Positions 38,567 through 51,540 of a stretch of DNA of 64,000 nt are shown piece by piece. Both the position numbers and the translations under genes were made by a program. Source of the DNA: Ruditapes philippinarum (Eukaryota); contig NW_026863267.1 of the NCBI RefSeq assembly GCF_026571515.1, positions 62,001 through 126,000 on the forward strand, in the 5' to 3' direction. The notes under the pieces were generated by a model. The model did not search any database. It saw only the letters and a program-made list of their open reading frames with translations, and was not told the DNA's origin. Each line of letters begins with the position of its first letter. Positions within the stretch are counted from its first letter, which is position 1.

Positions 38567-40036
38567 TTATATTTTAATGTATCCATTTTGTTTAGCTTTG
38601 AATTTTCTGTAAATAACGATTCCAATAAATGAAATCGAATAAAATATACTTAGAATAATTGACACTTGGAACAGTAAATCGTAATTTCCAGTTGTCTCTG
38701 ACGTGTACCCGCCGAAGTAACCTCCGAGGAAATTCCCAACTCCTTTTAATACATTCCATGTGGCGAATGACGGCGCGTAATCTTCCGTTCCGTAGATTTC
38801 GTACATAGCAACGGCTACGTGTGCATAGATGTTACCTATACATAGCCCGTTGATTAACGACGCGGCAAGAAGTCCGGCGTACGTGTCAACATACACTACA
38901 AGACCATGTGACACGGCCGTGACCAGAATCCAGTATCCCATATGAGTTGCACTACTAATTTTACACATGACCTTTGACACGGATCCCATTAGTCCACCAA
39001 TGAGGTTAGTAACGCCAATCATAGATATGAAAAACGAGCCGACTTGGCGTTCAAAACCTTTCAGTTCCACAAGATCAACAATAAAACGGCTTTCTGCAAG
39101 AGCAGTGAATGCTAAAATCACAGAATTCAATAATAGTAACCAAAATAATTTCTCTTTAAACAATGAAAATTTAAACAAGCTCTGTTTTGCAGACGCTGAC
39201 GTTTTGTTGGTGACATCCTTTGATGAATACCGTTGAGCAATGACCATCAACATTCCACATGGAACGGCGTTTAGACAAATAGCACCAATCACCATTAGAG
39301 CCCCATTCCAGTTATACGCTTCAATGCAAAGTTCCATAAAATAAGACATGGTAAACTGACCTAAACTTGAGCCTATTGAAACAAAACCGATCACCGCCGC
39401 TTTTTGGTTGTCAAAAATATCTCCGGCGACGACGAATGGTCCCATGTACACAATTCCAAAAGACGCACCAGACATGATTCCGACGAGAATTATAATCGTT
39501 GGCACATTTACTGCTAGAGAACTAACCGCCACACAAATACTGCCGACGACACCGCCAATAATAATACAGTAACCATATCCTATCTTCGACACTGGGAAAC
39601 TCCAAAGAGCACCACCCACGGCCAGTAAAGCTTCGAAGAAACTTTGGTTAAGTGCAACTAATGAACGGTCTGCCTCAAACACCCGAATCAACTGCGCGTA
39701 TAGAACGCTTAAACTGTACCCAAATCCCATTGATATCAAAATTGAAACCAAACACGCAAATACAACTAAAAGTTTTATCACAAAAGGTACCTCGTTATTT
39801 GATACGTTATGTCCTTCTTCTGTTGAATTGTCACTTATTTTGTCGTTATATTCAAATGACAAATTCTCTACAAACGCTTTTTCTCTTTCTCTCCAGCTTG
39901 AAGACGCTTCCGCAGCATTGTACATGACAGGCTCAGGCCATTCCTTCTCGATGTCTACGCCATTCTCCTCTTCTTTACCACTGTCAGTATAATGTTCGAA
40001 TTCCGAAGATAACAAGCGACGTTTCTCCTCTGACAT
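38567..40036 (-). CDS. Intronless MFS transporter, SLC16/monocarboxylate-transporter-like, 489 aa from the first ATG (MSEEKRRLL)
   Basis: About 12 hydrophobic segments in a 6+6 arrangement, with SLC16-like motifs (YNWNGALMVIGAICLN, FKFSLFKEKLFW, GGYTSETTGNYDLLF). The ORF-track start at 40084 is a TTG. Confidence 0.9.
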   Translation of the reverse strand: MSEEKRRLLSSEFEHYTDSGKEEENGVDIEKEWPEPVMYNAAEASSSWREREKAFVENLSFEYNDKISDNSTEEGHNVSNNEVPFVIKLLVVFACLVSILISMGFGYSLSVLYAQLIRVFEADRSLVALNQSFFEALLAVGGALWSFPVSKIGYGYCIIIGGVVGSICVAVSSLAVNVPTIIILVGIMSGASFGIVYMGPFVVAGDIFDNQKAAVIGFVSIGSSLGQFTMSYFMELCIEAYNWNGALMVIGAICLNAVPCGMLMVIAQRYSSKDVTNKTSASAKQSLFKFSLFKEKLFWLLLLNSVILAFTALAESRFIVDLVELKGFERQVGSFFISMIGVTNLIGGLMGSVSKVMCKISSATHMGYWILVTAVSHGLVVYVDTYAGLLAASLINGLCIGNIYAHVAVAMYEIYGTEDYAPSFATWNVLKGVGNFLGGYFGGYTSETTGNYDLLFQVSIILSIFYSISFIGIVIYRKFKAKQNGYIKI

Positions 40037-41230
40037 TTCTAACGTTATTGATTCAAAATTATCCGATGTTCGCACAAAAAACAAACGTGCTCAAAAGTAT
40101 TATTTCTTTATAAAATCAGCGCTCCTAGGAAATAATCGTGTTCTGGTATAAGTCAATTTATTTATGACAGTTTCAACAACTATATAGCGTTCTTTGTCCT
40201 TGTTTTAAACAATTTATTTTATTCAGAATTTATCTAACCGTAAGCAGTTTAATAACAAGTTTTGTTCTTATTACATATTGCGCTCGATGCTAACCAAAGT
40301 GTACAAATATATGACACAGTATGGTTACGCCAAGGAAAGGAACGTGTATTGAAGTACTTAAATATTTCATAATCTAAGTTAATATATTCGACGTCATTCA
40401 TACAGCTGTGATGATCCATACGAAATTTGTTTAATTCGATACTTGTTTACTCGAACTTTAGGAAAACAACTGAGGATTTCATCATAGGAATTGCAATCAC
40501 CTGTTTCAGTTTTTAATAGATTCAAGTTTAAAGTTTATTGGTGAATCGACAATGAATATTATCAATGGCCATTTACACACATACATTATGTATATGGCAG
40601 ACAATTTACATTGATATTAATATAAACAGTTACATATATATATTTTTTAAACATAATTATACAACTTAAGAAAAAACACAGAAATATACAATTTAATCAA
40701 CATTTATTTTAAACATCAAAGATAAATATTTATTTATTTGTTAAAAAGCGATAAGGAATTCCAAATAATTGTTTCCACGTTTCATCCTCTCATCTATAAA
40801 TTTCGCTATTTTCTCAAAAGAACTTATTTATGGCGTCTAATAAGGTACATGTAACTCATAAACTTGTCTTCTGCTGGAGATCAAAATACCGCGTTTTTTT
40901 ACATTTATATCAAATAATTTCACGTTGGTGCTGAGCTCTAACATGGTCTAAAACCAACATTTAAACTATTTAACTCATGGTTGCTCCTTTCTAAAGAAAG
41001 AATTTGACTTGTTTTTTTTTGTTTTGTTTTTTTGTTAGCAAAACACTCATACTATACACCCTAAAATTATCATTTTTAAAGTATACCGAACAAAGAAGAA
41101 CCATATACTGTTGAATGTTACTAATTTAATCTTAGGTGACTATGAGAATGACAAATCGAGTAATTATAATAATCAATCATGAAATTTTCTGAAAACTTTA
41201 AAGTACTTTTAATTATTTCATTCATTTTTT

Positions 41231-41273
41231 TTTATTTATTTATTTATTTATTTATTTACTTATTTATTTATTT
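41231..41273. repeat. (TTTA)n microsatellite
   Basis: About 10 units. Confidence 0.85.
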
Positions 41274-43490
41274 TGGAAAAGAAAATAATAACAGGAAAAG
41301 TCATCCTTATTGTAAAGGTTTATTTCTAAAATAAATAATGGGGCAGAAAATACACTTCTTTGATCAATTGTGTATTGTGTACTTGTTATGCACCGGGGGA
41401 AAACTGCACGGTTCAAACAAAGTTTAAAAGCCTTGAAGATTATGAATCTATATGATTATGCGGTATCATATTTAAACGGTGTGTTAACCTTTTACTGAAT
41501 TTTAATGAAACTTCAAAATGGCTGCACTCCATTTTGAATCGTTCGGTACATCCCGTATATTATGCAACTTCATCAGTCGAAATCTGACGTAAAGTGCCGG
41601 AAATTTGCGATGGTATGACGCACTTTAGTATGTTTTTACTTTTCTGGAGTGATTTCGAATTAATGTTTCTCAACCTTGAAAGAAAACTACACATTATCTG
41701 CTCTGAAAATATGCTTATATATTAAGTTGAGATGATAAAAATAATGTTAATAAGATTATGTTTACACTAGATATAATCTACAGTGGACAATGGTACAATA
41801 CATGATTACCAGCCTTTTATTTATTTCATAGTTACCAGTAAGGAAAAAACTGCTAAATAAATCGATTCTGTTGGAGTACAAAAAAGGAGAGTGGCCAAAT
41901 GATTTAGATGTCTTCCTCTAAAACGGTGGTCGTATATTTAAGCTCTATTAAAGTAAATGGTCTTGTTAAAGTTCTTCATGCGACACCAAAATGAAGGGTC
42001 GGGAACAAACTCGAAAGTGATTAAAAAGTCTCTCAGCCGACTTCACAGTCGGGCTTAAACTAAGAGAGTAAAAAACGTATAGAGGAACAAAAATAATTAT
42101 AATAAAAAACAAAACATTTATCTTTACACAAGTCTGGTATATGCTAACACTATAGTGGTATCCCATTGACGGCTTCACACAAATACATGTGTATATTTAT
42201 ACTGAAAGAATTCAAAAGCGAAGCTATCATAGCATTTAAGTTTTTTCTTTGTTTTTTTTTTTCTTTGTTTTTTTTTTAAATATTTTTTTTTAAATTTCAG
42301 CAACACATAGTTGCTCATATTTTTTACCCGTTATTGTAGAAAGTGGGGTCGGGAAACCATGCATCCACCTCTTCCGCTTACAATATTATACATATATCTT
42401 GAAATGTTGTTTTGACATATAATTAACAGTTGTTTTCTTTTTATTTTATGAGAACTTTAAATAAGAAAAAAGCTTGGCCTTAAATTTTCATAACTGCTTC
42501 TCCTTTGACCAATGGTTAACAATCTTATTCATCCGACGACTTGTAACATAAAATCCCAATTGTCATAAGTGAGCCCCATAGAATCATGACCCGGGTCATT
42601 ATAATATATTTTATTTAAAATAGTGACCCCACTTTTATAAAATAGTGATCCCCTTATATTTAAAATAATGACCCTCTATTTTATCTATAAAATATTGACC
42701 TCCACCTAATATTCTCTGTAAAGTCAACGTCATATTACAATTGCGTATACGTATTGTTGTTGTTATTGTGCCTGTTGCTGCTTCTGGTTCGGCCGTTGCT
42801 ATTGCCGCGACAACAGCTGACAAAACAAGGGTAAAATTTAGAGGTTCAGCTAAGAATAAGCGAACATCTTATAAAAATGAAGTTTAAATTACTAAATGCT
42901 TAATGCAAATTCTCCTTTGTGAAAGAGTGTTCATTTTCAGTGGGTTTCGGTAAAGTATGAGTTCAAATTCCTAAGCAAAGCAATCTTTTTTCTCCTTTTT
43001 TTCTTCATATTTTGCCTTCATTTAGGCAATTCAGCTATATAGGCCATCATCTTTTTTAGGTAAAAGGGTGTTTTGACTTAAATAAATCAATTATTAATGA
43101 ACTAAAAGTACCAAATACCGTGCATATTAAGCAAACATTTAATTTTATACGAGGTGCACTCTTACTCAAGTATATATGCTTAGTGCGCAATGGCGCTGTG
43201 ATATAGCATTCGTTTCGTATATGATCGGATCCCGGAAAAGTGGTTTAAGTTGTGCTTAGTTACTTTTCATTTTAATGAATGATACATTTTATTAACATAG
43301 AGCTACTTGAGAACATGAAGTTTTACACTGATTTGTATTCAGCATATTTCAAGTCAACTTAATGAGATAAATGACTGAACATTAGCAATTAAAGAAATAC
43401 ATTATGTGTAAATACAATCCAACTACAAAAGTGCAAAACTAGTTGAATTGACGTTTTGTTATTTATGATTGTACCTTTAAGTAAGCAAAG

Positions 43491-43876
43491 AAGTAATAGA
43501 AAGAGCATCGAAGCACGAGGCTATCTGATTTGTACGAGGGGCGTAGCCCCCGAGTATTTATCAGATCGCCGAGTGTTTGATGTTCTTTCTCTTTTGTATC
43601 ATAGTCAAACATAAAAACACGTTCCCTGTTGTCACAATATGAAACCCCGGCAAAAATGAACCAATGAACGAACATCTGAATATTATATTTCTGTCGCTTT
43701 CCCTTTCTCTGCAGTCACAACATGTAAACCCCTGAAAAATGAGCCAATCAATGGGCATGCTCTGGAGTGCGGGTAACTAATACCTGCACTCCAGTTAACG
43801 CACTGTGCATGTATATGTTTACGATTTAACTCTGACACATTTTCAACAGAAAGGGCCCCAAACTATGATACAATAA
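43491..43876 (-). mobile_element. Repeat family R1, longest copy (Helentron/HINE-like)
   Basis: Carries the CTGGAGTGC...GCACTCCAG hairpin and a 3' GC hairpin GGGGC-tac-GCCCC; non-coding. Confidence 0.7.
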
Positions 43877-43926
43877 ACATTTATGAAGCTCATCAATATT
43901 GTTAAATAAGAGGAGGATGTCCTTAA

Positions 43927-44565
43927 ATGGACCGTAAATGTCCGTTTACACGTAGATCTGCTTGGTTGTCTATTCAATCAGATTGTGCTGATCTCCGTCG
44001 TACTGTTGCGCATCTTCGCAAAGGCACAAGACCTTCAAAGAAGATTACAAATGTAAAATATATAAAGCGGTACTTTAATATAGCCTCACTGTCTCGAGAC
44101 GGACTCATTACTGTTAAAAGGAAATTGCCGTTTATGCCAAGTCAGGAATGTATTGTTGTTCCCCGACAGGTTCTCGCTTTTGACCGTCAGCCATTTAAAT
44201 CTGTCGTACAGAAATACTTTTATGCTTTGGATATGGACAAATCAATAGACATGGTCACTAAAGGTTGCCATCAGTGTGCATCCCTGGCAAAGGCACCGAA
44301 AGTGCGCGATGAGCAAAGCTCCGAGGATCCACCGTTGGATTAGCTTTTGCTGCTGATGTAATGAAGCGGGAACGTCAACTTGTTTTTGTAGTTCGAGAAT
44401 GTGTTACCTCGTTTACATTCACAAAGTTGCTAGAAAGTGAGCGTCATAATGACCTACGTGACGCTATCATACAATTATTGGCAGAGATTCACCTGCTTGA
44501 TGGTCCGTACGCTGTGATAAGAACCGATCCAGCTCCAGGTTTCAAAGCATTGGTAGATGACATCG
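43927..44565 (+). pseudogene. Gypsy-type LTR retrotransposon pol fragment (integrase), deleted and frameshifted
   Basis: IVVPRQVL...KYFYALDMDKSIDMVTKGCHQC (HH half of the HHCC finger missing), frameshift near 44335, then [23 protein letters not shown]...IRTDPAPGF (two catalytic Asp motifs). No LTRs seen. Confidence 0.8.
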
Positions 44566-44567
44566 TA

Positions 44568-44830
44568 TACGAAGGCTGTTCAATATATAATGAGACTGTC
44601 CCCATATATTTTATGCTTACATCATATATAACAAAATGTGGTATAATTATTGAACATAACTTATCCGGCATTTCAACCTTATATCTTATGTGTTTCGGGG
44701 AGGTGCGCTACATAATTGTTTTTATACTCTTACGTTTTCTTTTAATAAAATTGTATTTTACAACCGAGTCGACGGATTTTCTGCAGAAAATGGTCCGAGT
44801 GGGAGCATTCAGCAGGTGCGCAGGTGCGCG
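44568..44830 (+). mobile_element. Mariner-like terminal fragment truncating the integrase relic
   Basis: Begins TA-CGAAGGCTGTTCAATATATAATGAGAC, resembling mariner TIR starts. No partner TIR found. Confidence 0.45.
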
Positions 44831-44849
44831 ATGACGTAGAATCCTACCA

Positions 44850-46161
44850 TTGTATTTGACATCCAAAAGAAAACTAAGTCTGTTTTGGTACGAATATGAA
44901 AATATGTCTAACAACCATATTTTTAATTTAAATATGCCCACTTATGTACAATTTTAAACAAATTCCCCTCGGCATTTTGTACTTTCGGTGTCTACAACCA
45001 TTATAATAAATATACAAATAATGTATTGTTTCGTTTTGTATCATGAATTCACTTATTTTAGGTGGACATTTACTTGATATATTGGAAATAAACTTGTCAA
45101 CAACTCCCAGCATTAAATTACTATCTGTTTACGTGTCTAGTTTCTTAGCGTAGGTAAGACTGAAATACCGTATCTGTTCTGTGTATTCATACTATTGTGT
45201 TCGAGCAATCGGAACGTCCGCGGCTATTATCTATAATAACCTTGGAAACAATACGGAATGAAAGTAGTTCTACCGCGAGGTTTCAGATGTAAACATAAAC
45301 AAAGAATCTTCGATTATGTAAAACGAATGTATATATTTGACATCCGAAAGAAAATTTAGTCTGTTCTGTTTCGGTACAATTATGACATTTCTAATTTAAA
45401 TATGCCCACTGATGTACAATTTTAAACAAATGCGACTGAATGTCAACAGGTTGGCATTTTGAACTTAACCATAATAATAAATATATAAATACTTAGTAAT
45501 GTATTGTATGCTTTTGTATCTATGAATTCACTTCTTTTATGAGGACATTAACTAAATTAATTGGAGAGAAAAAACTTCTCAACAAGTCCCAGCATTAAAT
45601 TACTATTTGTTTTCAAATTTAGTTTCTTAGCGTAGGTTAGACCGAAATACCGCATCCGTTATGTGTATTCATACTATTGTGTTCGAGGTCTTTATCCGAA
45701 GACTGTCGGAAAGGGCCGAAAAGTTGCGATTGAGGACTTCGAACACCAATCGTAATAGTAATTTAATGTTGGGAGTTGTTTACAAGTTCATTGTAAAATT
45801 CCACCTAAATTCTAGAGTCTAATAAACAATACATTATTTCTATATTTATTATTAAGGTTGTAGAAACAGAAAGTATAAAAAACCAACTTGTTGACATTCA
45901 GTCGGATTTGTTTAAAATTGTGAAATTGTAAAATCAGTGGGCATATTTAAATTACAAATTGTTGTCAGAGATATTTTCAATCATAAGTGTACCGACTTTT
46001 CTTTTGGATGTCAAATATATACACTCGTTTTACATTATCTCTGTTTCTGTTTACATCTGAAACCACGTGGTAGAACTATTTTCAATCCGTATTGTTTCCG
46101 AGGTTATTATGGATAGGTCCTTTTCCGAAGACTGACGGAAAGGGCCGAAAAGTTGCGATTG
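44850..46161. repeat. Composite of two direct (about 44850-45205, 45330-45687) and one inverted (about 45760-46110) copy of a repeat unit, with a hairpin-terminus motif duplicated at 45689-45732 and 46117-46161
   Basis: Shared TTTGACATCC.AAAGAAAA, AATTTAAATATGCCCAC and GTGTATTCATACTATTGTGTTCGAG; TCCGAAGACTG.CGGAAAGGGCCGAAAAGTTGCGATTG occurs twice. Confidence 0.75.
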
Positions 46162-47141
46162 TCAATTTTGAAGCCATTTTTAGAAAGCAGCAAGAATTGC
46201 ATTTAGAGTAAAGATGTGATCATGTAAAAATAGAAAATAAATAGTTTTCATGATATCTTTTGAATCATTCATATTTACGCTGACGTTTAATTTACTTAAT
46301 CACGCTAAAGATGTGCATTTTCTATGAACGAAATGGTTTACACTTAAAAATGATCTTGTTATTTAGGGGAAGCCAACCAGTTTTCTTTTCAAAATGACTT
46401 CAAAGAGGATTTCACCTCAAACATTTTACAGTGCTTCCATGCAATAGTTGCTAACAAATTGTTTACGTCAGTCGGCAAGTGGAGATATCACTAATAATAC
46501 TATTTTGGAGAATAATGCAGCTTCACATATGCATTTTATACAAACAAACAATGCATATGGAAGTTTAAATGATGTACTGTATAGGGAGTCTACCCAAGGG
46601 GTAACTTGAATTAGGACTTGTCACTCATTCCAATATTTATTAACCTGTTACAATTAACTTTGATGAGTTCTACCTACCAATTTCAGGTCAAAAGGTCAAG
46701 GTCATTGGTACTTGATATATCAAAATTTCAATGGGTCATAAATGGAAAGTGCGTATACAAGGGACTTGATTTGTTCTATGTGAATAGATCTTGATATATC
46801 TAGTCCTCAGGTGACCGCTTTAGAGACAAATGGTCCCTTATAAAGAATGTAATTTTCCTCTTTGTTAATTTTATAATTATCCAAGTTGTTGTAAAAATAT
46901 AAATGGAATATATATATTCAATTTGACATTTAAACACATCAAATGAAACAGAAATGACAAAGCGAACGATTATTGGCTTTTTTAAAACATGTAAAAGCTA
47001 ACCTTATTTCGTTTAAATGCAACAAGAACTCATGTACATTAGAAAAGCTCGTTTGTCTTGATCTTCTTTTTTTTTAGAACTTGTCAACAATAAAATTATA
47101 TTTATAACGTGATAGTTACAATTCATACATATTGTTAGCGT

Positions 47142-48888
47142 TTAGTCAGTTTTTAAAAGTACTGCTGTAAACCTAGAAAAATGGTCAAGATGATCAGCAT
47201 GGCCAAATGCGACTTTGGAAGAAATTTTGTCGCCTTTGTTTGCATGGATGACACTTGTATCTGTCCCAGATTTGTGGCCATATCCGCCAATTCCCGAGTG
47301 CGACCTTGCGATTAGTTTACCATTTTGTCGAGTTTCGAGAATCACAAAACTGCTCTTGTCCCCGAGCACGGTGGTTGAAATCAGATATAACCCAGAAACT
47401 GGACACTGGAAAATTCCTGTTGCTACGTCATAAGCGTTTCCAATGTTTGTCGTCACAGCATTAAATTTTACGATCTGTCCAAATTCTGAGTTCAGCATTG
47501 GTTGGCTGAGTGTACCTGAGAAAGCGACCTGTCTGTTATCTGGTATCGGTTTGGCTACAGGAAAAAAAGAGTAATTTTCACTGACCAACTTAATACATTT
47601 GAAGTTTCCTTATCAAGTAAACCGGAAATATATAAAAATCGCGCGAAAAAAATAGATCAAATATATTTGAAAGGGTCTGTTACAAGATATTAATTACTGG
47701 AATGCCAACCATAAAGCAAGTAAATATAAAAACAAGTAATATCAATTTAATTGCAGTACATTGCTATTGTACTGTGTTAAATCGTTGTGTATTATTGCAA
47801 TCATAATAAACTTTACATGAAAGGAAAGCAATTTCAACTTACATGTTCCAGTGCTAAGTTTTTCTTCAAGACGTTTGAACTTATTTTCTAGTTGTCTAAA
47901 CTTTGTCACAATGACGGAATCGTCCATCTTTCTTGATGTACCCTCATCTAAATTCAAATAAAAAATAGCGGAAAAGTGATTTTATGTGTGCCTCATCCGT
48001 TACATTCAGCAAATCATAAACTAACGAACTCCTATTAATATAACCCGTTACTCGATATATGCCTTCAGTTTATAAACAATCTTTCTACACTCGTACAAGG
48101 CTGTTAATTGTTTCACTAAGTACCCTGACAGACAGCACCGATAAAAGACCTGAGTTGAATGAACATTAATTTTCAAATAAACTTTTTGAATATGCGAATA
48201 TTAGGTACTGAACTTATCTTAAATTATGTGAAACTAATGTAACCTTAAAAGTCGCAAAGAAAGAACACAATGCTGTAGGCTCGGTTTGGGTGCTACTGCT
48301 CGATATTCCCTAGCATTAACATACATGCAGAATCTAATAATATACCTAATAACCATTGCCATTTTTGATGCATACGTAGGTACATATAAAGTCATATGTT
48401 AATATTTGATTTAAACAATGTGAAACGTAAATAATTATGTGGCACAGTTATCATTACAAATTAATCATATCCTTAAATCTGGAACACATTAACAGTTCTT
48501 GATAAGCTAAGTGACATAGCATGATCTATCGTTGTAGATCACTTCATTCATTAACAAGACTTTAGTATGGACTTTTGGCGTCGCTGAAATTATGTTCTTA
48601 ATCCTTTGTCCTGTTTGATCTTTACACATTGATTGATAAGTTAGAAAATCATCATTACTCACGTGTTATGTTATTCAATTTTTCTTCAAGAATTTTGTTC
48701 TGATCTTTCAGCTCTCTGAACTTTCTTTCCGCTTCAGCATTGTGTAGAAGCCTTTGCGTTCGTTCATCTGAGATCACGTGAAATAAACTCAAGTACTGAG
48801 AAAGACACATGCCATTTTCATGCTCGTGCGAAGCATTAGATCCAGAAAGCAATACAAACAGAAAAACTCCAATTGAAATATATGTCAT
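47142..48888 (-). CDS. Secreted C1q-domain-containing protein D, 247 aa; exons 48888-48663, 47947-47843, 47554-47142
   Basis: 226+105+413=744 nt, both introns phase 1 GT-AG. Signal peptide MTYISIGVFLFVLLSGSNA, two coiled-coil segments, and a gC1q paralogous to gene C. Confidence 0.92.
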
Positions 48889-49302
48889 GATTTTAAGAAG
48901 TTTGCCAACGTTAGGTATGTACTTTGTCTCCTAGAAAGTAACACACCGTTTATATAGTGATCTAAAAAAACGTGTACATGTAAAAGAAAGGCCTGCAAAA
49001 AGAAAAGAAGTGTTGCTTCGCCCGGGGACATATATTAGGTCAGGGGATGGGTTTTATATGTATTCTATTCTATAGGTTTCGCCGAAAAGTGTTTTGAAGA
49101 AGTTTACTGTATAAAGAAACCAAATCATGTTAGAAATGTGATTTCACGATTAGCAATGATATAATATGTTAACGTTGTTTTCTTCACAAACATATATATT
49201 CACTATAACAAAAAGTTTTATGTATATTTGAAACTTACAAACAAATACATTATATACATATTTAAGAATGATATACTGTTAAAATATATAAACAAGAGGT
49301 GG

Positions 49303-49862
49303 AAATTAAAACTGTTCTATAGAATTTCTTTAAACTTGGCATGTTGTTAGAATATGATAACAGAAACATTTTTTTTTCAAACGTTTGGGTCACCGTTCTC
49401 GTTTTTGAGTTATCTACCCCTGAATCAGAATCTTCTACTTATTTGAGGTCATTTAAAGGGCAGATAACTTATACATATGCAAATGAATTCTTGTTTTTAC
49501 TTCTGGATAATGTTTTTCTTTTTATTGTTGAATACAATACATAATTAAATGCATTTTCTTATATCGTTTCTGTTAATTTTTTCAATGGAAATAACGGTAC
49601 TTTAAATTCATAAAAATTGGCCAATTTTGCATATTGACTAAGACGAATGTAAGCTTCATGAAAAAAGATAGAAAAAAAATGTATTGTTTCGCTTCATTGA
49701 AAATTATCTGCCCTTGAATTTAACGAAAAAGTCCAATTCAAGGGCAAATAACTCGAAAATAAGAACGGTGACCCCAAATTTATTTCCGTTTAAAATGTTT
49801 TTGCTATCATATTCTAATAACATGCCAAGTTTAAAGAAATTCTATTGAACAGTTTTAATTTT
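49303..49862. mobile_element. MITE with ~130-bp terminal inverted repeats upstream of C1qDC D
   Basis: AAATTAAAACTGTTCTATAGAATTTCTTTAAACTTGGCATGTT ... AACATGCCAAGTTTAAAGAAATTCTATTGAACAGTTTTAATTT; not present in the left arm. Confidence 0.75.
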
Positions 49863-51227
49863 GTCTATATAAAAACTCTGGAAAACGTCTAAGATACTGG
49901 TGTGGAATATGTAGAATTGACGATGTTAATGATGAACCAAAGAGGAAAGCGTCTCGCGTAAGAGCTACAAAAAAGGTTCAAAGAAGTCAAAGTAATTACC
50001 GCTTTTGTGATATAATTCAAAGTATCTATCGGCAATTCATACAGGCGACTAACCAAATTGATACCAACATTCCTCAGATCTTGTACTTGAACGTGCCAGG
50101 ATGAATCACCATTTCCCATCCAAGTCATAACCTCTGGACAGCAGTTGTAGCGAGCTCTGGATCTGAAGGGAGATGTGGGTTGAGAGGTGAGGAAACAAGT
50201 GTTACAACAAGTCCACTGTGTCATCTGTTTCTGATACATTTTTGCGTTACTGCATTATTAAAACAAATCGTTTATGTTCATAAATTAAAGTGGACCAGAA
50301 CACTTGAAATGTTGGATAAAATCTTCGCAGAAAAATTGTCACATTTTTATTAGAATACAGATGCAAATATTCTGATTTATACCTCAAACAACTAATATTG
50401 TTGTGGCCATCAAGTATAAGAATAATATTTTTAAAAAGACAAAAATTGCGTGTTTACTTATTTCAAACATACCGTAATCTTGAGATCGCAATCTTTCAAA
50501 CAAAAAGTTTTTGAATCCTTAAGTAAGGAAATTATATAAAGTTAAAGATAAAATCTGTTAAAGCATATTTTAATTGTTCGTTATTCACACTAAAATGGGA
50601 TGATATTATACAAAACTAGTTACAAAAATATTTGAATAGAAGCTTACTTACGTCTTAAATATCGAATTCAGCTTAGAAAAATAACCTCATTTGCAAATGT
50701 TCCCACGGGCATACGTTCGAAAAAAAAACGTGCATATTATTACAAATCAACAACAAAATTTCATTGTAAGAAATGTTTGAATTCTATTTTAATTTGTGCT
50801 ACCTAAACAGGAAAATAAATAAATCAAACACGTCAAAATCTTAACAGTTAATTTTACGTACCTTTTTACATAAGTACATGTAGTTGATAACCATTAACCA
50901 TTGGGAAGTAAAGTTAATTAAAATTATCAATTTGAAGGCCAATAAATAAAACGTGTCACATATATCAACATATTTTGTTAAAGTTAATACTTTGCCTTTC
51001 CTTTTTCTATAATGAACCTTTTTAGAACACGGTCCGTTGCTATGCAAAATCGACCGGATGTAGTATTTTTTTACGCATGCCGCAATCTGGATAGGGCAAA
51101 AGATATTTTCATAGACAATTCTGAGTCAATTGACGGTGAAAACTAAAATAAAAGTTATGAAATAGCTTTTAACTTGTGGCCAGAATTGCAATAAAAAGAT
51201 ATGGAAACGATGATTCCCTTGCCAACA

Positions 51228-51540
51228 CGTCGGACCACAGACACTTGGGGTTTGGAGCTCAAAACGCCTTTAAAATCCAAATAAAATGCATATTTGTCAA
51301 TCCCAGCACATGTACTGATCATATATATCAAAAAAACTTAATATAAGCCGTTTTGAACAAAATTCATATTTCAACATCTATAATTATTATAGATGTTGAA
51401 ATATGAATTTTTTTCAAAACGGCTTATATTAAGTTTTTTATTTATATGATCAGTACATGTGTTTGGATTGACAAATATGCATTTTATTTGGATTTTAGAG
51501 GCGTTTTGAGCTCCAAACCCAAAGTGTCTGTGGTCCGACG
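51228..51540. mobile_element. 313-bp near-perfect spacerless palindrome (foldback MITE)
   Basis: CGTCGGACCACAGACAC...CATCTATAAT-t-ATTATAGATG...GTGTCTGTGGTCCGACG, centre at 51385. Confidence 0.9.

Noticed and set aside
44361-44834. 157-aa ORF as an intact gene
   Set aside because: Chimeric read-through from the integrase relic into a mariner-like terminus.
49880-50240. GC-richer stretch with an ORF (49889-50239), also present in the other arm (about 34680-34990)
   Set aside because: Frames are not conserved between arms and no motif is recognisable; it may be a decayed exon or TE but cannot be supported.
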